Shown: positions 11,135 to 21,409 of the stretch, piece by piece
Layout of the letters: each line of letters starts with the position of its first letter
Numbering within the stretch: the first letter of the stretch is position 1
Source: an uncultured Acidobacteriota bacterium
GTDB taxonomy: Bacteria; Acidobacteriota; UBA6911; RPQK01; JAPXNP01
DNA length: 64,000 nt
NCBI GenBank assembly: GCA_963777605.1
Contig: CAVZRV010000028.1
Location: forward strand, 128,001-192,000
Direction: 5' to 3'
Made by a program: the position numbers and the translations under genes
Notes under the pieces: generated by a model
What the model was told of the DNA's origin: nothing
The model's database searches: none
What the model saw: the letters and a program-made list of their open reading frames with translations, nothing else

Positions 11135-12412
11135 GTCGAACACACTGAGGCAGGCCCTTAACGGGCCTGCGTCCTCGGGGTCGCCACCAACCCACAAGCC
11201 GTCGAAAAGCTTTGGCGACAGCACCCACTCCGGCTTTGCATGACTCTCCCAAACTCGTTGCCCTGCCAGGTACCCGGGGGCGCGTTCCTTACCCCCGGCT
11301 CTGCGTTTGGGCGCCAGCCGCAGGACTGTCGAGTACTCTGCGTTTGGGCGCCAGCCGCAGGACTGTTGAGTACTCTGCGTTTGGGCGCCAGCCGCAGGAC
11401 TGTTGAGTACTCTGCGTTTGGGCGCCAGCCGCAGGACTGTCGAGTACACAGAGGCAGGCCCTTCACGGGCCTGCGTCCGCGGGGTCGCCACCAACCCACA
11501 AGTCGTCGAAAAGTTCTGGCGACAGCACCCACTCCGGTTTCCGTGACTCTCCCAAACTCGTTACCCTGCCAGGTACCCGGGGGCGCGTTCCTTACCCCCG
11601 GCTCTGCGTCTGGGCGCCAGCCGCAGGACTGTTGAGTACTCTGCGTTTGGGCGCCAGCCGCAGGACTGTCGAGCACACAGAGGCAGGCCCTTCACGGGCC
11701 TGCGTCCGCGGGCTCACCACCAACCCACAAGTCGTCGAAAAGCTTTGGCGACAGCACCCACTCCGGCTTTGCGTGACTCTCCCAAACTCGTTGCCCTGCC
11801 AGGTACCCGGGGGCGCGTTCCTTACCCCCGGCTCTGCGTTTGGGCGCCAGCCGCAGGATGTTGAGTACTCTGCGTTTGGGCGCCAGCCGCAGGACTGTTG
11901 AGTACTCTGCGTTTGGGCGCCAGCCGCAGGACTGTCGAGCACACAGAGGCAGGCCCTTCACCGGGCCTGCGTCCGCGGGGTCGCCACCAACCCACAAGTC
12001 GTCGAAAAGCTTTGGCGACAGCACCCATTCCGGCTTTGCGTGACTCCCCCAAACTCGTTGCCCTGCCAGGTACCCGGGGGCGCGTTCCTTACCCCCGGCT
12101 CTGAGTCTGGGCGCCAGCCGCAGGACTGTTGAGTACTCTGCGTTTGGGCGCCAGCCGCAGGACTGTCGAGTACACAGAGGCAGGCCCTTCACGGGCCTGC
12201 GTCCGCGGGGTCGCCACCAACCCACAAGTCGTCGAAAAGCTTTGGCGACAGCACCCACTCCGGTTTCCGTGACTCTCCCAAACTCGTTACCCTGCCAGGT
12301 ACCCGGGGGCGCGTTCCTTACCCCCGGCTCTGCGTTTGGGCGCCCAGCTCGCAGGACTGTCGAGTACACAGAGGCAGGCCCTCACCGGGCCTGCGTCCGC
12401 GGGGTCGCCACC
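11135..12412. repeat. Nested tandem array 2: 5 complete plus 1 partial cores separated by 4,2,3,2,1 subunits
   Basis: Cores at 11147, 11451, 11680, 11946, 12177, 12371. Confidence 0.97.
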
Positions 12413-12493
12413 GTACCGTAGGCCCACGAAAGTCGAAACTAAGCTGGGAAGTCAGCTACGTGCGTTCGGTTCTCAACGTCGGGCCGACTCGTA

Positions 12494-13054
12494 CTACAAT
12501 CCATCCTTGTAGTCTTTCCATTTCGGATTCAGGTAAGTCTCCAGTGGTTCCCCTTGCTGGTTCAGGACGTAATCGATCGCTCCCGGGATGTCCCTGGCGG
12601 TCCACAGGAACCTTCGGCTTCCCTTCCCGATCCACCGTCGCCGACCAATTCGGTCGAGTCCTTGATTGACTAGGTCCCGCCCGGCCCTCTCCTTGATTCG
12701 CGCCAGAATCTCCTCGGACTCCACGGCGGCTGAAATGACCGAATGGAGATGGGTTGTCCGAACGTGTGCTGCGATCAGTTCCCACTCGTTGCTATTGCAT
12801 GCCGTTTTGACCGACTCCATCACAAGTCTCCGTCTCGATCGGTTCATCCTATATCGCTCCTGGACCATGCACGCTCCGTTTTCCGATTCCCATCTCGGAT
12901 TCGGAGACAGATAGGGTGCCCCGTACCGGTTGTGCTTCCGATTCACAGATCCTTTGCGACTTCCATGCAAGTGGTGGCCGTAGCACTTCAGGGTCACCAG
13001 ATAGGCCGCCGGAAAGTTAATGAGTGAGTAGGCAGAGAATTCATATTCATTCAT
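12494..13054 (-). CDS. Y1/HUH tyrosine transposase (RAYT-like), copy 2, 186 aa
   Basis: Offset 1961 bp from copy 1; same protein except GLDP to GLDR. Confidence 0.85.
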   Translation of the reverse strand: MNEYEFSAYSLINFPAAYLVTLKCYGHHLHGSRKGSVNRKHNRYGAPYLSPNPRWESENGACMVQERYRMNRSRRRLVMESVKTACNSNEWELIAAHVRTTHLHSVISAAVESEEILARIKERAGRDLVNQGLDRIGRRRWIGKGSRRFLWTARDIPGAIDYVLNQQGEPLETYLNPKWKDYKDGL

Positions 13055-13095
13055 CAAATCTATACACGTTCGAACTGAGCAAAACTGCGAGAGTC

Positions 13096-13627
13096 GTCGA
13101 GTACACAGAGGCAGGCCAGGCCTGCGTCCGCGGGGGCGGCACCCACCCACAAGTCGTCGATAAGCTTTGGCGACAGCACCCACTCCGGTTTCCGTGACTC
13201 TCCCAAACTCGTTGCCCTGCCAGGTACCCGGGGGCGCGTTCCTTACCCCCGGCTCTGTGTCTGGGCGCCAGCCGCAGGACTGTCGAGTACTCTGCGTTTG
13301 GGCGCCAGCCGCAGGACTGTCGAGCACACAGAGGCAGGCCCTTACACGGGCCTGCGTCCGCGGGGTCGCCACCAACCCACAAGTCGCCGAAAAGCTTTGG
13401 CGACAGCACCCATTCCGGCTTTGCGTGACTCTCCCAAACTCGTTGCCCTGCCAGGTACCCGGGGGCGCGTTCCTTACCCCCGGCTCTGTGTCTGGGCGCC
13501 AGCCGCAGGACTGTTGAGTACTCTGCGTTTGGGCGCCAGCCGCAGGACTGTTGAGTACTCTGCGTTTGGGCGCCAGCCGCAGGACTGTCGAGCACACAGA
13601 GGCAGGCCCTTCACGGGCCTGCGTCCG
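13096..13627. repeat. Nested tandem array 3: 2 complete plus 1 partial cores separated by 2,3 subunits
   Basis: Cores at 13108, 13331, 13599. Confidence 0.97.
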
Positions 13628-13727
13628 TGAGTTTGGCAGCTCCCGATCGCAGCCCCGTCTCACGATAGAATAGTGGACTAAGTAAGTCTGAGACCTCACC
13701 AGAACGGAATCATCGGAGGATTAACTG

Positions 13728-14783
13728 ATGCATAACGCTAAAGCCTATTCCGCAGCGAGCGCGACCTCGCCGCTTTCCCCAACAACGATCAACCGGCGTG
13801 ACCCAACCGATCGCGACGTGCAAATCGAAATTCTCTTCTGCGGCATTTGCCATTCGGATCTCCACGCAGTCCGAAGCGAGTGGACCGGCTTTCCCACTGT
13901 CTACCCGATCGTCCCCGGCCATGAGATCGTCGGGCGAGTCACCAGGGTCGGTTCAGCCGTGACCAGGTTCCAGCCCGGCGACCTTGCCGGCGTCGGATGC
14001 ATGGTCGACTCGGACGGGACCTGCCCCTCTTGCCGAGATGGCCTCCAACAGTTCTGTCCGAACATGACTCTCACCTACAACTCACCGGATCCGCACCTCG
14101 ATGGCGTCACCTACGGGGGCTACTCCGACAGCATCGTTGTCGATGAGCGTTTCGTCCTCCGCGTCCCGTCCAATCTCGAACTGTCCGGGGCGGCACCTCT
14201 GCTCTGCGCCGGAATTACCACTTACTCACCGATGCGCCGATGGGGCGTCTCCGAAGGACAGAAGGTGGGCGTCGTCGGCCTCGGAGGACTGGGTCATATG
14301 GGGGTAAAGTTCGCCCATGCGTTCGGAGCCCACGTCGTGGTCTTCACTACCTCACCCAGCAAGAAAGAGGACGCGCTTCGCCTCGGTGCCAACGACGTGG
14401 TCAATTCTCGGAACGAAGAGGAAATGCAAGAGCATGCCGGCAGTTTCCACTTCATCCTCGATACCGTCTCCGCCCGGCACGACATCAATGCGCTGATCCA
14501 CCTGCTCGGGCGTGACGGCAACCTGGCCCTTGTCGGTGCGCCGGATGATCCCCTGGCCGTCTCCGCGATGGGCCTCCTGTTCGGACGCAAGAGCATTTCG
14601 GGTTCGCTGATCGGCGGAATCGCCGAGACCCAGGAGATGCTCGACTTCTGCGGCCGGCACAACATCACCTCCGACGTCGAAGTCATTCCGATCCAGAAGG
14701 TCAACGAAGCCTACGAGAGAATGCTCAGGTCCGATGTGAAATTCCGCTTCTCCATCGACATGGCTTCGCTCAAGTCCGAGTAG
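13728..14783 (+). CDS. Zn-dependent NAD(P) alcohol/aldehyde dehydrogenase (CAD/YahK-like)
   Basis: CGICHSD, PGHEIVG, APLLCAGITTYSP, GLGGLGHMGVK; GGAGG RBS. Confidence 0.93.
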   Translation: MHNAKAYSAASATSPLSPTTINRRDPTDRDVQIEILFCGICHSDLHAVRSEWTGFPTVYPIVPGHEIVGRVTRVGSAVTRFQPGDLAGVGCMVDSDGTCPSCRDGLQQFCPNMTLTYNSPDPHLDGVTYGGYSDSIVVDERFVLRVPSNLELSGAAPLLCAGITTYSPMRRWGVSEGQKVGVVGLGGLGHMGVKFAHAFGAHVVVFTTSPSKKEDALRLGANDVVNSRNEEEMQEHAGSFHFILDTVSARHDINALIHLLGRDGNLALVGAPDDPLAVSAMGLLFGRKSISGSLIGGIAETQEMLDFCGRHNITSDVEVIPIQKVNEAYERMLRSDVKFRFSIDMASLKSE

Positions 14784-14988
14784 TTGCAGCCCGGGAAGAG
14801 GTACTTCTTCGTCCACGGCTGAGCTGGAGCTTTCGTCCGATCAGATCGAATTTCGCGTACTGAGCTTCGGTCAGTGACTCGTTCTCTTTCCATTCGCCAC
14901 AACTGTCCGCCATGGAAGGGCCGAGCATTTTCTCGAAGATATCGTTGCCGAGATCGAAGTGCATCTCACCAATGTCGGCCAGGGACAC
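14780..14988 (-). pseudogene. cfa: Cyclopropane fatty acid synthase remnant, internally deleted
   Basis: 'HFDLGNDIFEKMLGPSMADSCGEWKENESLTEAQYAKFDLIGRKLQL' and, in another frame, 'PWTKKYLFPG' match N- and C-terminal Cfa motifs. Confidence 0.7.
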
Positions 14989-15096
14989 TGACCGTGATCC
15001 ACGAGGACAGCCCCGACACGTATCAGGTCATCGAAGTCGGCCAATACGTGCCCTTCTCCGGACCACCTGACCCCGGTTCTGAAAAAAGCACTCACG

Positions 15097-15256
15097 CCAG
15101 GCTGGCAGCCTGGACTACTTCGGTCACAGAGAGTAGTCCAGGCATCCGTGCCTGGGCTGTCCGCCGGGCAGCCTTGCCCGGCACAGTCTCCAAATCACGG
15201 CCACCCGCTCCGGGCTGGCAGCCCGAGCGACCTGCCAGGCTGGCAGCCTGGATTAC
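15097..15256. repeat. REP/REPIN cluster of GTAG-tagged palindromes
   Basis: GTAGTCCAGGCATCCGTGCCTGG (+, 15133), GTAGTCCAGGCTGCCAGCCTGG (-, 15118-15097), GTAATCCAGGCTGCCAGCCTGG (-, 15256-15235); inner palindromes at 15164-15181 and 15211-15225. Confidence 0.85.
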
Positions 15257-15258
15257 TT

Positions 15259-17463
<2,205 letters not shown>

Positions 17464-17571
17464 TTATATTCGGATGAACAGTTGAAGAAGGTTCTTCTCT
17501 TGCCATGGTTCTTCCTACTTGATCAAAGACTCCAGATTGGTATCGAGTGATTCAAGGGCCATTCTAAACCA

Positions 17572-17631
17572 GATAATATTTGTTATCAACTAATACTAAG
17601 ACTTGACAGATGAGAGGCCTGCCGCCAAAAT
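17572..17631 (+). promoter_or_regulatory. Sigma70-type promoter for the Fur-family gene with an adjacent GATAA-N6-TTATC palindrome
   Basis: TTGACA (17603-17608), 17-bp spacer, CAAAAT (17626-17631); GATAATATTTGTTATC at 17572-17587. Confidence 0.6.
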
Positions 17632-17637
17632 GGAATT

Positions 17638-18075
17638 GTGGACACGACCAATTCCTTTGAAACGCTCCTGGACAAGGCCAGGGCATCGAGATTACGCCTC
17701 ACCCCGCAACGGATGGAGCTCTTACGCGCCCTGAGCGAGACGAAGAAGCATCCGACGGCGGACGACCTTTACCGTCACGTGAAGCGACTGCTGCCGTCGG
17801 TCACTCAGGCAACCATTCATCGAAATCTCCAGGAATTGGTCAAGGCCGGATTGATTGCCACGTTGGAGCGAACAGGAGGTCCGACTCAATATGATCCGAC
17901 GGCCGACGACCACCACCATTTCGTCTGCCGCCAATGCGGACGAATCTTCGATGTGTACCTGAGCCATTCCGATTACCGGATCGACCAGCAAAAGTCTGAG
18001 TTGGGCGACGCTTCGATCGATCGCTTCGAAATCCATTTCGACGGAACCTGCACCGAATGTCAAACTCCCCGGTGA
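17638..18075 (+). CDS. Fur-family repressor (PerR/FurA-like), divergent from katG
   Basis: RLTPQR, HPTADDLY, HHHFVCRQCG, C-terminal CTEC. Confidence 0.9.
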   Translation: MDTTNSFETLLDKARASRLRLTPQRMELLRALSETKKHPTADDLYRHVKRLLPSVTQATIHRNLQELVKAGLIATLERTGGPTQYDPTADDHHHFVCRQCGRIFDVYLSHSDYRIDQQKSELGDASIDRFEIHFDGTCTECQTPR

Positions 18076-18143
18076 ACTGGCCCTTGAGGTTCCCGGAATC
18101 CTTCTGTCGTCTTGCAGTTTCGATCCCGGTTCGGTAACCATTC

Positions 18144-19574
18144 TCAATCCAGCGCCGACAGGACGGTTCGCCAGACCTTTGCCGTGCCCTTGTCGGTTAC
18201 ATCCAAAGCGTTCTCATATTCCTCGTGGTTGCCCTGTGCTTCCGGGGTAACCATGCGTACGAACACAAACTCATTCACCGGGTCTACCAGGCAGATGTTG
18301 TGGTAAGCCCCCAGGAAGCCGTAGCCGTTTCGGTCTACTCCCTCGAAAATCCCGTTTGTGTTCACAAACATCTGAAAGCCGTACCCACGTCGACGAAAGT
18401 CGTCCTGACCCGGGGCAACGGGAATTTGCTGCAACAGGGGATCGTTGACGGTGGCCTGCTTGATGAAGTCTTCGCTGAGGAGTTGATTGCCGTCCCAGCG
18501 ACCCTTGTTCAAGTAGAACTGCCCAAACTTGGCCAGCTCACGGGCGCTGATCAACACACTGCGCCAGCCCAGGCAGTCCCCTTGGCGGGAACGCAGCCAA
18601 TCCGCCTCGACTACGCCAATCTCGTTGAGGATGCGTTCGCGCAAGAAGACGATCGGCTGCTTGCCGGTAACCCGTTTCACGATTATCGCCAGGGCGTGCG
18701 AGGTCGCCTGTTCATAAGACCAGGCCGTTCCGGGTTCCCTTTCCATGGGCCAGTTCAGCATGGCCTCGGTCGGGTTCGAAGCTTCCGTGTATTTCCGGTA
18801 ATCACTTTTCAGCCCGGAAGTCATGGTCAGCAGGTTTCGGATCGTGATCGTGCGCTTGTCGTCAGTGTCCCACTCCTTCAAGTATTTGCAGGCAGGATCA
18901 TCCAGCCCCAGTTTCCCGTCATCCATCAGGAGGCCGATGGCTGTTCCGGTGAAGGCTTTCCCAGCTGAGTAAATGTCGAAGCGGGATTCGGGCCCGAAAT
19001 CGCTCCAGTAATGCTCCCAGACCAGCTTGCCTTTATAGACCAGACAGGCAGCACCGGTCTTGTTGGCCCCCAGCAATTCCGTCAACTCGTGGTTCAGAAC
19101 CTCCGGTCTCAGCCCCACCGATTCCGGTCTGGCTTCCTCCCATCGAAATGTCTCCACGGCCTTCTGCTCCGACACCTCGGATTGACGGGAAGCCGGTTGC
19201 GGGCTACAGGACGCGGTCAGGAAAAGAAAGGCAGCGATTACTGCACAGCGCAATCTGCTGTCCTGAGTCGGAAATTTCCACGAACCTGTTGCGAGCGCAA
19301 CGGGATCCAGATCAAGGCATCGCCGAGGAGGCCCAACGCAGAGAGGGGACCCGTCCCGCCGCAACCCGCAGGGCCAAGAGGGGTTGCGGCCGATCCCTTC
19401 GTCACTCTTCGTCGACAATGCGACGGCATCGACGCCTCCTCGATTCGCAAGCTCGACTCGCAAGCCCCCTCCGCAGGTGCCTGCCAATTTCCGAATCAGG
19501 ACACTAAGCTGTAAGTTCATAGTCGACCTTCCCTGTGAAGAGTGCCGTTCCAGGCCCTGAAGCCGGGTGATCAA
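18144..19574 (-). CDS. Serine hydrolase (beta-lactamase/AmpC family); real start likely downstream, near lipobox-like LTASC
   Basis: SxxK motif (YSAGK), LLTMTSG, PGTAWSY, ELAKFGQFYLNKGRWDG. Confidence 0.8.
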   Translation of the reverse strand: MITRLQGLERHSSQGRSTMNLQLSVLIRKLAGTCGGGLRVELANRGGVDAVALSTKSDEGIGRNPSWPCGLRRDGSPLCVGPPRRCLDLDPVALATGSWKFPTQDSRLRCAVIAAFLFLTASCSPQPASRQSEVSEQKAVETFRWEEARPESVGLRPEVLNHELTELLGANKTGAACLVYKGKLVWEHYWSDFGPESRFDIYSAGKAFTGTAIGLLMDDGKLGLDDPACKYLKEWDTDDKRTITIRNLLTMTSGLKSDYRKYTEASNPTEAMLNWPMEREPGTAWSYEQATSHALAIIVKRVTGKQPIVFLRERILNEIGVVEADWLRSRQGDCLGWRSVLISARELAKFGQFYLNKGRWDGNQLLSEDFIKQATVNDPLLQQIPVAPGQDDFRRRGYGFQMFVNTNGIFEGVDRNGYGFLGAYHNICLVDPVNEFVFVRMVTPEAQGNHEEYENALDVTDKGTAKVWRTVLSALD

Positions 19575-19903
19575 TCATTTCCGAAAATAAGCCACGCGAG
19601 CCCCTGATTACAGAGACATGCGTCGCAGCGGGTCTGGCCAATTGTGCATGGAGGGGAGTTCGATGGACAAGTCTTTTCCCGGACCGGGCACCGGAGTGCA
19701 CTTAACGCCTGCTGAAGTCCGCTCTTCACGATGACGATCTCCGATCGATCTCTGCCGGCGAGGGGTTTGATGAAGCGGAATCGATTTCCGTCGCTGGGAC
19801 GCTCCCGCCCTCGGGATTGAGTCCGCCAAGCAGAGAATCTTGCGGGTCGGATTTCCATTGTGGATAGTGACTCCGTCGTTTAAGGTCAGAATGAGAGGCC
19901 CGC

Positions 19904-20971
19904 ATGACCGGATTGCTGCAATTTTTGGGAGAGGCAATGCGCAGCCTGGCCCCAACGGCTGCAACGCTAATCGCTGTACTCACCATCGTTTTCGTGGTTA
20001 GGCACATCCTGAATCGGCGTTACGCTGATTCGGTCGGGCTCAAGTTCCGAATCCAGTTCATACTCCTGCTGCTGTCTTTCGGTGGCCTGATTGCGGTAAT
20101 TCTGGCGAGCCCGGTCACTGAGGGTGCCAAGACCCAGTTGTTGAGCCTGATCGGAATCCTTTTGAGTGCGGCTCTCGCGCTCTCTTCGACCACTTTTCTC
20201 GGCAATATCATGGCGGGACTCATGCAGAGAGCTGTCAAGAGTTTTCGGGTGGGTGACTTCATCCGGGTTCAGGATTACTTTGGGCGGGTATCCGAACTCG
20301 GGCTCTTTCACGTCGAGATTCAAACCGAAGACCGAGATCTGACAACTATGCCCAACCTCTTCCTGGCGACCCATCCGGTCAAAGTAATACGCGGGGGAAC
20401 GCTCGTGACGGCGGAAGTCTCGCTCGGATATGACGTTGGGCGAAAAATCGCAAGTGAGCAACTGCGGGCTGCAGCCTCTGAAGCCGGCCTGGAAGACTCC
20501 TTTGTCCACGTCATGGAACTGGGCGATTTCTCGGTCACCTACCGGGTCTCCGGAATTCTTGGTGACGTAAAGAGCCTGCTGTCGGCCCGTTCTCGTTTGC
20601 GGGAGGAAATTTTGGACAATTGTCACGCTGCCGGGATTGAGATTGTCTCGCCCAACTTCATGAATCAGCGCGTTCTGGATGCCGAAAGGAAAATGATCCC
20701 TCCCAATCCGGACCTCGACTTGACCCCGGCTCCCGACCAAGAACACCTACCCGAGGAGAGAATCTTCGACAAGGCCGAGAAGGCCCAATCTCTGGAACGG
20801 ATCCGGCAACACGAGGAAAAGCTGAAGCAACACGTCCTGACGCTCGAACGCCGAATCAAGGAGGCTCCAAACGAGGGTACAAAATCCCGACTCACGCGAC
20901 GGATCGAGAGGATTCAATCCAGGCTGGAAGAAGCCAGGAAAGTGATCGAGGCCGAATCTCAGAGAGACTAA
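19904..20971 (+). CDS. MscS-family mechanosensitive channel with coiled-coil C-terminus
   Basis: TM helices; LGNIMAGL, FRVGDFIRV, VSLGYD, GIEIVSPNF. Confidence 0.85.
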   Translation: MTGLLQFLGEAMRSLAPTAATLIAVLTIVFVVRHILNRRYADSVGLKFRIQFILLLLSFGGLIAVILASPVTEGAKTQLLSLIGILLSAALALSSTTFLGNIMAGLMQRAVKSFRVGDFIRVQDYFGRVSELGLFHVEIQTEDRDLTTMPNLFLATHPVKVIRGGTLVTAEVSLGYDVGRKIASEQLRAAASEAGLEDSFVHVMELGDFSVTYRVSGILGDVKSLLSARSRLREEILDNCHAAGIEIVSPNFMNQRVLDAERKMIPPNPDLDLTPAPDQEHLPEERIFDKAEKAQSLERIRQHEEKLKQHVLTLERRIKEAPNEGTKSRLTRRIERIQSRLEEARKVIEAESQRD

Positions 20972-21011
20972 CGAACCTGAACACGGTCAACCGGTGCCGT
21001 TGACATCCTTC

Positions 21012-21211
21012 GCCGCGCCGGATTCACCTCGTCCGAAGAGGTGTTCAGCCCTTATAAGGGCTGAATTCTCGTATGAGGTGGCCCGTGCACCCAGGCAGAT
21101 GCCGGGCTGAAAAGAGGCCCCTTTCAGGGTCCGGGCAGGTTCCGATCCCGTGATTCCCCCCTTTTCACGTCCGGTAACTGTCCAAGAGCCTGAATCCAGC
21201 TGACAATCGCG
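21012..21211 (+). repeat. ~200-bp REPIN/MITE-like element, homologous to the reverse complement of 61709-61903
   Basis: Collinear blocks CGCGCCG(G)ATTC, CGTCCG.AGAG, GCCCTT..AGGGCTG, ACCCAGGCA.ATGCC, AGGCCCC.TTCAGGG, CCGATCC.GTGAT, CACGTC.GG, AATCGCG. Confidence 0.8.
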
Positions 21212-21409
21212 CTTTAAATCGGCCCCAAACCGGTCTCCGGTCTCCGGCCAGGTGACTTCGAGCGCGAGACAAGCAGGATATGTCCTACCTTCTGTCTCAC
21301 GTCAGCCCCGCCCCCGCTCTCCGCGGTTGTGTCGTCCAACAGGTGCAGGTAGACTCCTTTCGCCGGCGTTTACCGGCACAACATCCGAGCACTCCAAGGA
21401 GATGGCCCC

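Noticed and set aside
10533-13054. IS605/OMEGA (TnpB or IscB) RNA-guided system
   Set aside because: No RuvC/HNH nuclease ORF nearby and no variable guide-like segments in the units
8976-13627. CRISPR array (37-bp repeat is CRISPR-sized)
   Set aside because: Subunits abut directly or are separated by near-identical cores; there are no unique spacers and no cas genes in the window
8976-13627. Whole locus as a pure assembly artefact
   Set aside because: Not favoured: gene copies differ by mostly synonymous substitutions, units carry recurrent variants, and diverged solo relatives exist elsewhere. Read-level confirmation is still needed
8805-13699. Many overlapping ORFs in the arrays, including N-terminal extensions of the transposases (239 aa and 401 aa)
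   Set aside because: They are translations of stop-poor GC-rich repeats; the 37-bp period shifts frame and the extension differs between the two copies
19300-19900. Riboswitch or ncRNA upstream of the serine hydrolase
   Set aside because: No conserved aptamer motif recognisable by eye; needs an Rfam scan
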